64,000 nt of DNA from an uncultured Gammaproteobacteria bacterium (lineage in GTDB: Bacteria > Patescibacteriota > Microgenomatia > Daviesbacterales > UBA10151): positions 31,535-95,534 of the forward strand of contig CAZFYQ010000004.1 in assembly GCA_964523905.1 (NCBI GenBank). The letters are read 5' to 3'. The notes under the pieces were generated by a model. The model was given only the letters and a program-made list of their open reading frames with translations, had not been told where the DNA came from and ran no database searches. Shown here piece by piece: positions 37,938 through 48,285 of this stretch. How positions within the stretch are numbered: the first letter of the stretch is position 1; each line of letters starts with the position of its first letter. The position numbers and the translations under genes are program-made.

Positions 37938-38932
37938 AAAATTATTCCAAGTACTGCGCTGCCTACCAACAAAGCGGCAAATAATTTACCACTGGAGGAT
38001 AAATTCAAGGCTGCTGCCCCCAGAATAACAGATCCCAATATGTAAAACAAGGAGATTTGTTGATGGGAAAACCCCTGCTGCAGGAGCCGGTGATGTAAAT
38101 GACCATTGTCTCCCCAAACCGGAGATTTGCCTTGCAAAATTCTTCTTAAAAAAGTATAACCAAAATCAGTAGCTGGAATTAATAGCACCAGACCTGCAGT
38201 TGCCACTTTACCCCCGGATAAAATTGCCAACACCGCAATCATAAATCCTAAAATAGTTGACCCGGAAAATCCTGGAAAAATCTTTGCCGGATACCAGTTA
38301 AAAATTAATAGCCCGAGTGATGTGCCACTGGTAATAAAAGCTAATTTAGCGACATTAATTTGTGAAGGGTCAGCTGGTAAATTAAGTTTTAAAGATAATA
38401 GCCCCAGTACAAAAGCAGCGATCGTGACAATTCCCGGCATTTGCCCGTCAACCCCTTTTGACCAATTAATCATATTCATTACCCAAACAATCCAGATAAT
38501 TGCCAAAATAGATGGTACAAAGGAAGCAATATCTAAATGAATAATTCCACCAAAGGGATTGGTGACAAAATTAATGGTGACACCGGAAATTACCAGAATT
38601 GCTGCGGCCAGAAATTGAGCAGCTAATCGAAAATAAGGAGAGATTCTATGATACTTATCATCAAGCAAACCAATTATCAAAAGAATAGTAAGAGAAATAA
38701 GTATTGTAGCAATGGTTTTATCAAAGGGAATAAAGATTATAATTGAAATTAACAGTCCCACAAAAATGGCTAGTCCTCCGGCGCGTGGAACAATGCGGGG
38801 TTGGGTATGAGCTGGATGAGGCCGAAGTTTGGGATTATCCATTAGGCCATATTTTTTTGCCAGTTTAATTGTAAAAGGGATAGAGATGGCAGTTACTAAA
38901 AAAGCAATTAATGCTGGTAATAAAAACTCCAT
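37883..38932 (-). CDS. WecA/TagO-like glycosyltransferase family 4
   Basis: PRAGGLAI, GLLDD, N..GVDG, FNWYPAKIF, HLHHRL. Confidence 0.9.
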   Translation of the reverse strand: MEFLLPALIAFLVTAISIPFTIKLAKKYGLMDNPKLRPHPAHTQPRIVPRAGGLAIFVGLLISIIIFIPFDKTIATILISLTILLIIGLLDDKYHRISPYFRLAAQFLAAAILVISGVTINFVTNPFGGIIHLDIASFVPSILAIIWIVWVMNMINWSKGVDGQMPGIVTIAAFVLGLLSLKLNLPADPSQINVAKLAFITSGTSLGLLIFNWYPAKIFPGFSGSTILGFMIAVLAILSGGKVATAGLVLLIPATDFGYTFLRRILQGKSPVWGDNGHLHHRLLQQGFSHQQISLFYILGSVILGAAALNLSSSGKLFAALLVGSAVLGIILWLNFFGQFLNHPDQDSG

Positions 38933-38935
38933 TGA

Positions 38936-39271
38936 TTAGAGAAAAATATAGACAATTTTAATAAATGTAATAGTTAAGATAATACTGATTAATACAGAAG
39001 TTAGATTTAAGATTTTTTTAAAGAAAATTTGTGAAGTGTGTAGCTGCCAGGAAACAATTAAATTAAACAAAGTTATTAAAATAATCGTGGCAGGTAGTAT
39101 CAAAAGCTGCTCCCTATCAACCAATTGATTTTCTCCCCAGGGTAAAGAATAAAAAAGCGGTACTTTTGCCGGTAGCCTTTGAGAAAAAACTAACACAAAC
39201 AAACCCATTAATAAACCTAAAATTAAAGAGACTGTAGTTGTCCAGGATTTAAACATTAATTTAAAAACCAT
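38936..39271 (-). CDS. small membrane protein (DUF1648-like)
   Basis: LPAKVPLFYS motif, 3 TM. Confidence 0.6.
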   Translation of the reverse strand: MVFKLMFKSWTTTVSLILGLLMGLFVLVFSQRLPAKVPLFYSLPWGENQLVDREQLLILPATIILITLFNLIVSWQLHTSQIFFKKILNLTSVLISIILTITFIKIVYIFL

Positions 39272-39274
39272 TAT

Positions 39275-41050
39275 TTAGGCTTTCTCCAAAAGGCGAGCTT
39301 TGTTGGTAACACGAAACTCCAGCTTTTTACCAAACATTAAAGAGGTTTGTGCGTCAATTGCAGGTAGCGAAGAAATAGTAATTAAAATAATCGGTACAAA
39401 TAACCATTGCACATAAGACCAGATTTTTCTAAATAAAGACCAGTTAGCCGGCCTTGGCGGTGCAGTTTTTTCATGGACAAAGATTGTCACAAATAGTCCA
39501 AAAAAAGCCACGGTTAAAATCCAAGATGAAACAATCGGTAAATTAACTGATAAAACAGAAGCCTTAAAGTTGGGATTAACTAAAGGAATAAACAAACTGC
39601 CGAACGTGACGAAAATAGCTAAAAAACCCCATTTCAAATCACCCCAAATTTTAAATAACAGTTTGTCAGTTTTATCCCAGAAGTCCATTTCCTTTTGGAA
39701 ATATTGCTTTATCACATAAGGAATATGTTCTACCCCGTAAGCCCAGCGTTTAATTTGCAAATACTGATTTTGAAAAGTTTTAAACAAAGTCGTATCCTGA
39801 ACCGCATCAGCCGAAATCGGCAAGAAGTGTGGTACGACTTTGTAATCTCCATTAAAATGAAAGTAGGCTTTCCAGTAAAAGCCGTTATCGTCATTAACCT
39901 TATCAGGAATCCAAAGACCAATATTCAATAAACTTTTTAAAGAAATAGACATTGAAGAATAATTCATATATTTATCAGACCCCGCCATTTCCGCCAGTTG
40001 CCAAAAAGAAGTTCCAGCTGCCATCAGCCGCATCGGGGTGGGGGCTTGCCAATAATTATTATGGTATAAAAATACTCCGGTAAAGGTCCTTTTATCTCGT
40101 TCTGTATAGGGCAAAGATAAATACTTATGTAAAGCGCAGGCTAAAAACATCGGATGAATGACAAAGTCAGCATCCAATGTAGTTACAAAAACATCTTCTG
40201 GTTTGATGCCCATTTTCTTTAGCTGGGGCATTGTATGTTTTATCATCCAGTTTTTATTAGACCCCTGTCCAGCCACTTCACCGGGTAATCCGTATGGGTG
40301 AATGGTAGTAAAAACACCGGCAATTTGTTTTTCAATTGTTTTAAGATAGGCCTTAGTTTGGGCAATTTTTTCCGGATCATCCCTCTCCTCAAATCCCACC
40401 AGTAGTAAAATTTTATCTTTAGGATAATCGCCGTTTATTACAGCATTAAAAGCTGGTTCCAAAATATATAAGGCTTCTTTGTAAGTGGGTACTAAAATTA
40501 AATGATAATATTTATTCCAAATTCCCGGAAAATCATCCTTTAATCTTTGCGGCCAATCTTGTTTTTTCGCTTCTTCCATTTTGCGCCAGCCAATAATAAT
40601 TAAAACACTGATCCGAAGAGCGGTTAACAGCCAATAAACATCAGCAATTAAAATTAAATAAGCTACAGCGTAAGGCAAAGTGAAAGATAACCAAATTGGA
40701 GAAGTAATCGCCAGCCAGGTTAAAGTACCGGGTAAAATTTCTAAGAAACGCTCAAATCCATCTTCATGTTTTAAAACAAATTGTGTCTCCATATCGCGAA
40801 AAAGGATAAATTTGCGGGATAGTAAATGATGAGCAGTTACCCCTAAGCCCCCGCCAATTAAAAAGAAGGATGCTAATACATTTACTCCGCCACCTAAAAC
40901 TCCGCCGCCGAAAAAGCCAACTAACAGTCCCATAATTAGAAAAATTAGTCCAACTAAGCTATAACGAAGACCTTTGATCACACGTTGGATAACTTCAGAG
41001 ACGTAAAAAAAGGATAAAAATCCTATTAAAAAGGTTACTAGTATGCGCAT
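39275..41050 (-). CDS. membrane-bound GT2 glycosyltransferase
   Basis: VPTYKE, TLDAD, QIKRWAYG (QxxRW). Confidence 0.85.
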   Translation of the reverse strand: MRILVTFLIGFLSFFYVSEVIQRVIKGLRYSLVGLIFLIMGLLVGFFGGGVLGGGVNVLASFFLIGGGLGVTAHHLLSRKFILFRDMETQFVLKHEDGFERFLEILPGTLTWLAITSPIWLSFTLPYAVAYLILIADVYWLLTALRISVLIIIGWRKMEEAKKQDWPQRLKDDFPGIWNKYYHLILVPTYKEALYILEPAFNAVINGDYPKDKILLLVGFEERDDPEKIAQTKAYLKTIEKQIAGVFTTIHPYGLPGEVAGQGSNKNWMIKHTMPQLKKMGIKPEDVFVTTLDADFVIHPMFLACALHKYLSLPYTERDKRTFTGVFLYHNNYWQAPTPMRLMAAGTSFWQLAEMAGSDKYMNYSSMSISLKSLLNIGLWIPDKVNDDNGFYWKAYFHFNGDYKVVPHFLPISADAVQDTTLFKTFQNQYLQIKRWAYGVEHIPYVIKQYFQKEMDFWDKTDKLLFKIWGDLKWGFLAIFVTFGSLFIPLVNPNFKASVLSVNLPIVSSWILTVAFFGLFVTIFVHEKTAPPRPANWSLFRKIWSYVQWLFVPIILITISSLPAIDAQTSLMFGKKLEFRVTNKARLLEKA

Positions 41051-41056
41051 GTATTT

Positions 41057-41914
41057 TTAGAGGCCGAAGATTATTTTAACATTATTTGTGGTAGTAGTAC
41101 TAATTTCTTCCAAGCTAACTCCTCTTAGCTCGGCTAAAAGTTCGGCAATTTCTTTAACATTAGCCGGCTCATTGCGGGTGCCTCTTTTGCTTTGGGGCGG
41201 TAAAAATGGGCAGTCGGTTTCCAGAATAATTCGGTCAAGTGGTAGCAGTTTGGCTGCCTCACGCAGATATTCATTTTTGGGATAGGTTAAAGTGCCGGCA
41301 AAAGAGACAACTAAATTTGTAGTTTGTAGTATGTAGTTGGTAGTAGGGGGAAGGCCGCTATAACAATGTAAGATCGTTGGATGAGTACCAACCATTTTTA
41401 AAATTTCATCCCAGGCCTCAGAATTTTCCGGATTTTTGGATCGGTCATCGCGACAATGGATAATTAGCGGTACGCTAAGTTTTTTAGCCAGATCAATTTG
41501 CGCTTTCAATAATTTTCTTTGTAAAACTTTTTGTTCATCCTCTGATAAATTAGTGGGATTTAAATCCGGATTATTATCAAAAAAGAAGTCCAGTCCGCAT
41601 TCACCAACTGCCGCGACCTTCTGCGGATTACTCAGGTAAATTTTTTCCAGCTCACTAATAGCTGTGGCTAGAGTTTGGTCATTAAATTTAACCGCTTCGT
41701 GTGGATGAATACCAATAGTAGAGTAAGCAGTCAGTCCAGCAAATTTTGATAGCTGATTTTGTACTTGATCCAAAGCCATTTGGCTTTTTTCTACATCCAC
41801 GCCAACGTTTATCAAGGTACTGACTCCGTTATCCAAAGATCTTTGGATAACCTGATCAAAATCTTCCTGAAAAGATTCCCAATATAAATGAGCATGGTTA
41901 TCGACTAAGGTCAT
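41057..41914 (-). CDS. tatD: TatD family hydrolase
   Basis: DNHAH, GIHPH, VGECGLD, IIHCR, ETDCPFL, RNEP. Confidence 0.95.
   Translation of the reverse strand: MTLVDNHAHLYWESFQEDFDQVIQRSLDNGVSTLINVGVDVEKSQMALDQVQNQLSKFAGLTAYSTIGIHPHEAVKFNDQTLATAISELEKIYLSNPQKVAAVGECGLDFFFDNNPDLNPTNLSEDEQKVLQRKLLKAQIDLAKKLSVPLIIHCRDDRSKNPENSEAWDEILKMVGTHPTILHCYSGLPPTTNYILQTTNLVVSFAGTLTYPKNEYLREAAKLLPLDRIILETDCPFLPPQSKRGTRNEPANVKEIAELLAELRGVSLEEISTTTTNNVKIIFGL
41317..41344 (+). repeat. heptamer array in tatD
   Basis: ttgtagt ttgtagt atgtagt tggtagt; encodes TTNYILQTT. Confidence 0.85.
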
Positions 41915-43323
41915 ATACGAGGAAATAATGGAGAGCCGGATTTAATTTCTCCAGAAAATTGTTTAAGAATTTTTTCTGAGGTCTTCGGCAAAAATGGCTG
42001 TAAATTAAAAGCAATATGTTGAATCCTTGTAACCAAATCTTCTAAGACCTCTTTAGCTTTATCCCCAGTAAGTTCCCAGGGTTTTTCCTCATTTACCTTT
42101 TTATCAGCATCTTGAATCTCTTTCCAAATATGACCGGTGGCCTCACTAAATTTATAAGCACTTAGATATGCAGTCATTTTTGGATCAAAATCCTCCGCGC
42201 TACTATCAACCTTAATATTGTTAGTTTCACAAAGCTTAGCTACCCGGGCTACTAAATTACCTAGCCCATTTGATAAATTAGCAATATAACTTTCTTGAAT
42301 TCTCTCCATTGTGACATCAGAATCTTCAAAAGTATTTAGTTCATGGGCAATGAAAAATCTGACTGCATCTGTACCATATTTATTAACCAGCTCAAAAGGA
42401 TCAATAACATTTCCCAAACTCTTACTCATTTTTTGACCAGCATTAGTAATAAATCCATGAATAATAATTTGTTTGGAATTTGAAAGTCCTGCAGACATTA
42501 ACATGGCCTGCCACATTGCCGATTGTTGTCTTAGGTTATCTTTTCCAGCTACTTGTACACCTGGCCAAAAATCATTGAAGTTTTTTTCATTTTCAGGCCA
42601 ACCCAAAGTGGAGATATAGCAAACTAAGGCATCAAACCAGACATAGGAAACATGTTCCGGATCATTAAATACTGGCACTCCCCAAGGCAGTTTTTCTTTC
42701 AACCGAGAGATACTAAAATCCTGCAGTCCTGAAGATACAAATTCAGTGATTTCCTTTAAACGAAAATCCGGTAAAACAAATTGAGGATTTTTCTTATATA
42801 GATCCAATAGGGGTTGCTGATAATTAGAGAATTTAAAGAAATAATTTTCTTCGTCAATTATTTCAATTTCCAAATTAGGATGAAGCGGGCAGTGTCCATT
42901 AACCAACTCCGAATCGGTTTTTTCCAGTTCACATCCAATGCAATATTTTATTTTGTAGTTTTTTTTATAAATATCTCCATTTTCTAAACACTTTTTCCAA
43001 AATTCCTGAGCAGCTTTTTTATGTTCAGGACTGCTGGTTCTTAAAAAATTGGTGTAACTTAAATTTAGTGATGATTTTAAATTTTCAAATTTTGCCGCAT
43101 ATTCATCAACATATTCCTGTGGTTTTTTACCTTGCTCTAGTGCTGCTCGATAAATTTTTATTCCATGTTCATCAGTTCCGGTATTAAAAATTACTTCCTC
43201 ACCAAGTAAGCGATGATAACGAGCAATGATATCCGCTTGCACGATTTCCATGGCAAAGCCCAAATGTGGTTCGGCATTAACATAAGGTAATGTGGTTGTG
43301 ATGTAGAAGTTATTCTTACTCAT
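41911..43323 (-). CDS. metG: methionine--tRNA ligase
   Basis: YVNAEPHLG, GTDEHG, YVWFDAL, KMSKSLGN. Confidence 0.97.
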   Translation of the reverse strand: MSKNNFYITTTLPYVNAEPHLGFAMEIVQADIIARYHRLLGEEVIFNTGTDEHGIKIYRAALEQGKKPQEYVDEYAAKFENLKSSLNLSYTNFLRTSSPEHKKAAQEFWKKCLENGDIYKKNYKIKYCIGCELEKTDSELVNGHCPLHPNLEIEIIDEENYFFKFSNYQQPLLDLYKKNPQFVLPDFRLKEITEFVSSGLQDFSISRLKEKLPWGVPVFNDPEHVSYVWFDALVCYISTLGWPENEKNFNDFWPGVQVAGKDNLRQQSAMWQAMLMSAGLSNSKQIIIHGFITNAGQKMSKSLGNVIDPFELVNKYGTDAVRFFIAHELNTFEDSDVTMERIQESYIANLSNGLGNLVARVAKLCETNNIKVDSSAEDFDPKMTAYLSAYKFSEATGHIWKEIQDADKKVNEEKPWELTGDKAKEVLEDLVTRIQHIAFNLQPFLPKTSEKILKQFSGEIKSGSPLFPRI

Positions 43324-43332
43324 AGGCGTAAA

Positions 43333-43683
43333 TTATACTCTAATCCTCTTAAACCTTCGAGTTTCGCTTTTAGTTTTTTTAAAATAACTAATTAATAGGC
43401 CAAAGGCCACAATTGTTAAACCAAAAGTAATAATATTTAGACTTTGTAATGCTTGGAGAGTTATAAGCACTATGATTGTAAAAGAAATTAATATGGAACG
43501 AAGCATAAATCTTAAGAAAATATTTAAAGTAAAAGTTAGTCCTAAAAATAAAGGTACAAAAAATCCCAACACTTGCAAATAATCGGCTTGAGCCAAACTA
43601 TCCGGGTAGGGAATTTGCCAAATTGCCAGACTAAATAAACACCAGGAAATAAAAGCAAAGAAAGTATCGATAATCAAAGACAT
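43333..43683 (-). CDS. small membrane protein
   Basis: 116 aa, 4 hydrophobic segments. Confidence 0.65.
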   Translation of the reverse strand: MSLIIDTFFAFISWCLFSLAIWQIPYPDSLAQADYLQVLGFFVPLFLGLTFTLNIFLRFMLRSILISFTIIVLITLQALQSLNIITFGLTIVAFGLLISYFKKTKSETRRFKRIRV

Positions 43684-43741
43684 AAAGTAATTGTAACCTA
43701 ATCTCCGACGACCTGGAAAGTAAGCAGAGCTTGCCTTTCAA

Positions 43742-45910
43742 CTAATCTCCGATTACTTGAAAGGTGGAACCAGTAGAAGTTTTGGAAACTTCAATGCGGG
43801 AAGGGAATTCTTCTTTTAAACTTTCCAAATGGGTAATAATTAAAATCTTTTCAAAGTCTTCCTTAATAGTATCTAATACCTCGACAATTTTGGTTTGTCC
43901 TTCGGCATCCTGAGTTCCAAATCCTTCATCAATTACCAAAAATTGCAATTTGGCTCCGGCACGACGGGTTAATAATTTTGATAGCGCCAAACGGATAGCG
44001 AAATTTACCCTAAATTGTTCACCGCCGGAATAATTTTCATAAGGCCGATCACCCATTTCATCAGAGATAATAATGTCTAAGGTTTCAACCACTGCATGCA
44101 TTTTCCCCTCACTGGTCTCTACTTTTGTTTTAGTTTCCTTCTGGGTATCAAAGCGAACTTTCATCCGACCATTGGTTAACCGCTCCAGTAGTCGGTTGGC
44201 TTCATCTTCTATTTCCGGAATAGCTGTTTCAATAATCATGGCTTGGATGCCTCTTTTACCAAAAGCTAATGCTAGCTCTTCAAACCCGGCTTTTTCTTTT
44301 TCTAAATTATTTTTCTCGAGCTTTTTTTCTTCAAACAATTTTTCTAATTGCTCTGATCTACTAATTAATTCAGTGGCTTGGCCGAGTAGATTTCTGGCCT
44401 CTTTATCTTCCTGTCTTAAACTATTTAGTGCCAGCTCTTTTTGGCTGACCTCTAAACTAATTTTTCTAACATCTTCATCCAGATTAGGTAATTTATTAAC
44501 TTCCAATTCTATTTTTTCAATTTGGGATTTTTTATTGCTAAATAAAGACCGCAATTCCAAGACCACCTTTTTTTCTGATTCTAAAGTAGCTTGGGCGGCG
44601 ATTAATTTTTCTCTTTTTTCCTGTAAGGCAGATAATTCCATAATCTTTTGATTAATTTTTTGGTAGTTGTCATCATTTATTTTTATTGCATCAAACTCGG
44701 CTTCTAACTTTAAAACTACTTGCTGCTCCTCAGTAGTTTTAATTTCTGTTAAAACACTGGTTAACTTTTTTTGCTCTGTTAAATATTCGTTTTTCACTTT
44801 TTCTTTTTGATCTTTGTTTATTTCCTGACCACAAGTTGGGCATTTAGCACTTTCTTTATCTAGTGCTTCAATATGTGATTTTAGCTCTAGCAATTTTTCA
44901 TCCAAAGTCTCCCGGTCTTTATTTTTTAAAGCCAGTGCGGATTTTGCCTGATTTAATTTATTTTCAATTTCCAGCTTTTTTTGAGATAGTAGATTGTAAT
45001 CTTCTTTTTGTTTCTCTAGAATTTTTAATTCTTTTAATTTTTCATTAAAACTTGGAAGCTCTAACAATGCTGTTTCCAAGTTTTTGATTTTTTCAGCTCT
45101 TGATTTTCCTTGGGATAAAATTTCATTTAGTTCTTGTTGCAGAGAATTTAAAGTTTGTTTTAGATTATTTTGCTGCTCACCAGTAGCATTCAAAGTGGCT
45201 TTGGTTTCAGTTAAAGTTTTTAACTCTTTTTCAATCGATGTAATCTTAATATCCAGTTCGGAAATCTTTTGCTCGGCTTGTAATTTTTTGGCCTGGTTGT
45301 TTTCTTTTTGGGAAAGTTCTGCTTCTATTTCCAGGAATTGATATTCCAGCAGTTTTAGTTTGGCAGATAAATCTTTAACTTTATCTTTAGCTTTTTCTTC
45401 CAGTAAATCGTAGTGGGATAAACCTAAAATGTCGGCTAGGATCCGCTTACGGTCACTGGGACCTTTGGTGGTGAATTCATCAGCATGACCCTGACGAAGA
45501 AATGAAGAATTAGTAAATGTCTCAAAACTTAAATGCAAAGTATCAATAATTTTTTGCTGAGTAGCTTTAATAGTTCCTTCGGTTAAATTGTTTTTCTCAG
45601 ACCACAATTCTAAATTAGTGGAGCCTCCGGATTTTAAAGAGCGTTGTCTTTTTACACTAAATTGATGAGCGCCCAATTCAAAACTAAATTCTACAAACAT
45701 TTGCTGAGCTCCCAAATGAACTAATTGATCAGAGGAATCTCCGGCCCGGGAAGTGCCCCATAAACACCAGGTGATTGCATCAAGTAAAGAAGATTTTCCA
45801 GCCCCATTAGTTCCGGAAATTGCAGCCAGATGAAACTTAGTAAAATCCAGCTCCGGTACATTTTCTCCGTATGAAGTAAAGTTAGCCAGTTTTAAACGAA
45901 CGGGGATCAT
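43742..45910 (-). CDS. sbcC: SbcC/Rad50 SMC-family ATPase
   Basis: GTNGAGKSS, Q-loop, CPTC zinc hook, YSGGE, LVIDEGFG. Confidence 0.93.
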   Translation of the reverse strand: MIPVRLKLANFTSYGENVPELDFTKFHLAAISGTNGAGKSSLLDAITWCLWGTSRAGDSSDQLVHLGAQQMFVEFSFELGAHQFSVKRQRSLKSGGSTNLELWSEKNNLTEGTIKATQQKIIDTLHLSFETFTNSSFLRQGHADEFTTKGPSDRKRILADILGLSHYDLLEEKAKDKVKDLSAKLKLLEYQFLEIEAELSQKENNQAKKLQAEQKISELDIKITSIEKELKTLTETKATLNATGEQQNNLKQTLNSLQQELNEILSQGKSRAEKIKNLETALLELPSFNEKLKELKILEKQKEDYNLLSQKKLEIENKLNQAKSALALKNKDRETLDEKLLELKSHIEALDKESAKCPTCGQEINKDQKEKVKNEYLTEQKKLTSVLTEIKTTEEQQVVLKLEAEFDAIKINDDNYQKINQKIMELSALQEKREKLIAAQATLESEKKVVLELRSLFSNKKSQIEKIELEVNKLPNLDEDVRKISLEVSQKELALNSLRQEDKEARNLLGQATELISRSEQLEKLFEEKKLEKNNLEKEKAGFEELALAFGKRGIQAMIIETAIPEIEDEANRLLERLTNGRMKVRFDTQKETKTKVETSEGKMHAVVETLDIIISDEMGDRPYENYSGGEQFRVNFAIRLALSKLLTRRAGAKLQFLVIDEGFGTQDAEGQTKIVEVLDTIKEDFEKILIITHLESLKEEFPSRIEVSKTSTGSTFQVIGD

Positions 45911-45949
45911 TAGGCTTGCAGTATAAATAAAACTGCTCTTTTTGGCAAT

Positions 45950-47050
45950 CTAGAACTTATCCGTAATAGGACTACCAAGGCCGGTGACCATATCATATCT
46001 TTTCTTGGCAGAGCAAAATAGAGAACAGTCACCATTGGTGCCTTTGTAAACATCGCGAAAGTACTGTGAATATTTTTTAGTAGCATCTGCGTAGAGTTTT
46101 GAAATAACAATATTTTTTCCCAAAGCTCGTATGGCTGCCCACTGCGGAGCTCCGGCACTGGTACCACCAACCGTCATCCAGCCATTTTGATAAACAGAAA
46201 ATCCTGATGCCGGATCTGCATTGTAGGAAACATCTGGTTCCGCTCTTTTGCCATTAATTTTTAAAATTCCAAAATCAGTCTGAAAACTGGGCTCAGCAAT
46301 AAATGCGCTGACTCCGCCGCCACTGCCATTCCAGGCTGTTTCAGAATTCAATTTACCACTGGCATCAAAGTGCAAAGTAGTACCGCCAACACTGATTACT
46401 TTTGGAGAAACTGCCGGCCACTCAACGCCGGAGCCGTTATCACCGGAAGAGGCAAAAAAGCTGGCGCCATATGGAGAAGTGAAATGACTATCATAACTTT
46501 CTTCTGTAGGATATTCCGGACCGCCCCAGCTCATGGAAATGGCAACGACGTCTGAGCGATTTCTGGCGTAGTCTAAAGCGGCAGTTAAACCGGCGCCACT
46601 GGCTGATTTGGCTTCCACCAGCAATATTTTGGCCTTAGGGGCAATCGCATGTGACCACTGAGTATCCAAAGCAGTTTCACCTGACCAGCCGCTATCGGTT
46701 TTAGTTCTCGGATCCATTAGATGGATTTCTAAGCAACCATTTTTCTTAGTGCAGCTGGGTAAACCAAATTGCTTATCGAAAACTGCTAAGTCGCTTTCCA
46801 CAGTAGGTGAGTTATAAGCGCCAATAATGGCGATGGTTCCTTTACCACCGGTTGGGGGTAAATTATAAACAGCTTTAATTTGGTCTGGAGATAAACCAGT
46901 AGGAGTTTTTTGCTGTGAGACTTGAATATGAATTGGAGGATGAGCCTCAAAATCATCAAAACTGCGAGCGAGTAGAGGATTTAATAAACTAGGTAACAAA
47001 AAGAAATAAAGTAGTGCTAAAAGCAGTGAGCGAACAAAAACCGAAACCAT
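45950..47050 (-). CDS. secreted S53/S8 (sedolisin-like) peptidase
   Basis: signal peptide, ETALD, SSGDNG, GGTSAGAP, YDMVTGLGSP; start ATG 47050 after TTGACA-18-TATGGT. Confidence 0.88.
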   Translation of the reverse strand: MVSVFVRSLLLALLYFFLLPSLLNPLLARSFDDFEAHPPIHIQVSQQKTPTGLSPDQIKAVYNLPPTGGKGTIAIIGAYNSPTVESDLAVFDKQFGLPSCTKKNGCLEIHLMDPRTKTDSGWSGETALDTQWSHAIAPKAKILLVEAKSASGAGLTAALDYARNRSDVVAISMSWGGPEYPTEESYDSHFTSPYGASFFASSGDNGSGVEWPAVSPKVISVGGTTLHFDASGKLNSETAWNGSGGGVSAFIAEPSFQTDFGILKINGKRAEPDVSYNADPASGFSVYQNGWMTVGGTSAGAPQWAAIRALGKNIVISKLYADATKKYSQYFRDVYKGTNGDCSLFCSAKKRYDMVTGLGSPITDKF

Positions 47051-47090
47051 ACATTTACCATAAACCCGAATAATACCCCGTGTCAAGTCC

Positions 47091-48242
47091 TCAATTTTCC
47101 AGCAGTTGGGTAGCATATTTTTCCAGTTCTTTTCTTTTTTCTGCAGTGATTTTTTTGGCTTCGAAGTATTTATTTAAGGCCTCAATTGGGGTTAATCTTT
47201 CTACTTCATCAGCTCCTTCTATTTTTAATCTTTCTACCCTTTCAATATTTCTGGAAATGCCGGCAATGTAATGTGCACTGGACAAGGCTTTTTTTATTAA
47301 ATCCATTTTTATTTCTCCATTACAATCAGCAGGAATATTAATAGTTAGTCGAACTACGGTATCTGTAACATCATGCTTTTTAATTTCATCCAAAATTGTT
47401 TGAGTGGGGTCTATATCAGTTGGTTTTAAATTAACTGTCATGGATAAAAATTTCCGGGAGTTAGTGTCAATAAATTTAAAGGTAGTTTTCCCATTTGTAG
47501 GAATATCTACCAGTAAAATTCCCTTAGGTTCTTTTTCTTCACCAAAATCAATCCGATGAGGAGAGCCGGCATATACTACTAAAGGATCAGTTGATAAGAC
47601 TTGATGTTTATGAATATGACCAAGTGCTACATAATCTAATCTTTTATCCTGCAGTAGGGGAAGGGGGATAGTCACATCATTAGCAATGGCCATACCTTTT
47701 TCTGAACCATAACTGGCACCTTCTACTTCACAATGTGACAGAAAAATAGCAGGGGAGTCGGGAGAAATTTTATCATAGAGATTTTTTAATTTATCACCGA
47801 CTGTTTTATATTCATCTTTATGTAACCAGGGCAAAGTAATAATTTGTAAATTACCGGATTTGGTGGAGATGTTTAAAAGTTCTGGTTTGCGGGATACCCA
47901 GACATTATCAATTTCCAAGGCAGAATAAATATCAAGAGTATTGGCTTTACCAGTGGCATTGGGAGTGTCGTGATTGCCCACCACCAAAATAACAGGCATT
48001 TTTTTAGCTAGCTTACTAATTCTTTCACCAAACCCGCGCTGCTGGGTGGGATTAGGATCCCTGGTTTTATATGCATCTCCGGAAAAAATCACAGCATCCA
48101 CATCTTCTTCTATAGCTTTATCCACAATAAAATCAAAGGTTTGAAAAAAATCCAATAATCTGGAGGATAGTCCGGTTTCCGGATCTAATTTCCCGTAATT
48201 TTCCATACCAATATGAATGTCAGAAAAGTGGAGAAGACGCAT
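47091..48242 (-). CDS. sbcD: SbcD/Mre11 nuclease
   Basis: SDIHIG, SGD, VGNHD, ALGHIH, YAGS; start at MRLLH. Confidence 0.93.
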   Translation of the reverse strand: MRLLHFSDIHIGMENYGKLDPETGLSSRLLDFFQTFDFIVDKAIEEDVDAVIFSGDAYKTRDPNPTQQRGFGERISKLAKKMPVILVVGNHDTPNATGKANTLDIYSALEIDNVWVSRKPELLNISTKSGNLQIITLPWLHKDEYKTVGDKLKNLYDKISPDSPAIFLSHCEVEGASYGSEKGMAIANDVTIPLPLLQDKRLDYVALGHIHKHQVLSTDPLVVYAGSPHRIDFGEEKEPKGILLVDIPTNGKTTFKFIDTNSRKFLSMTVNLKPTDIDPTQTILDEIKKHDVTDTVVRLTINIPADCNGEIKMDLIKKALSSAHYIAGISRNIERVERLKIEGADEVERLTPIEALNKYFEAKKITAEKRKELEKYATQLLEN

Positions 48243-48285
48243 GGTAAAAGGGATTTTACCATAACTAAATGTTACAATGTTAGCC

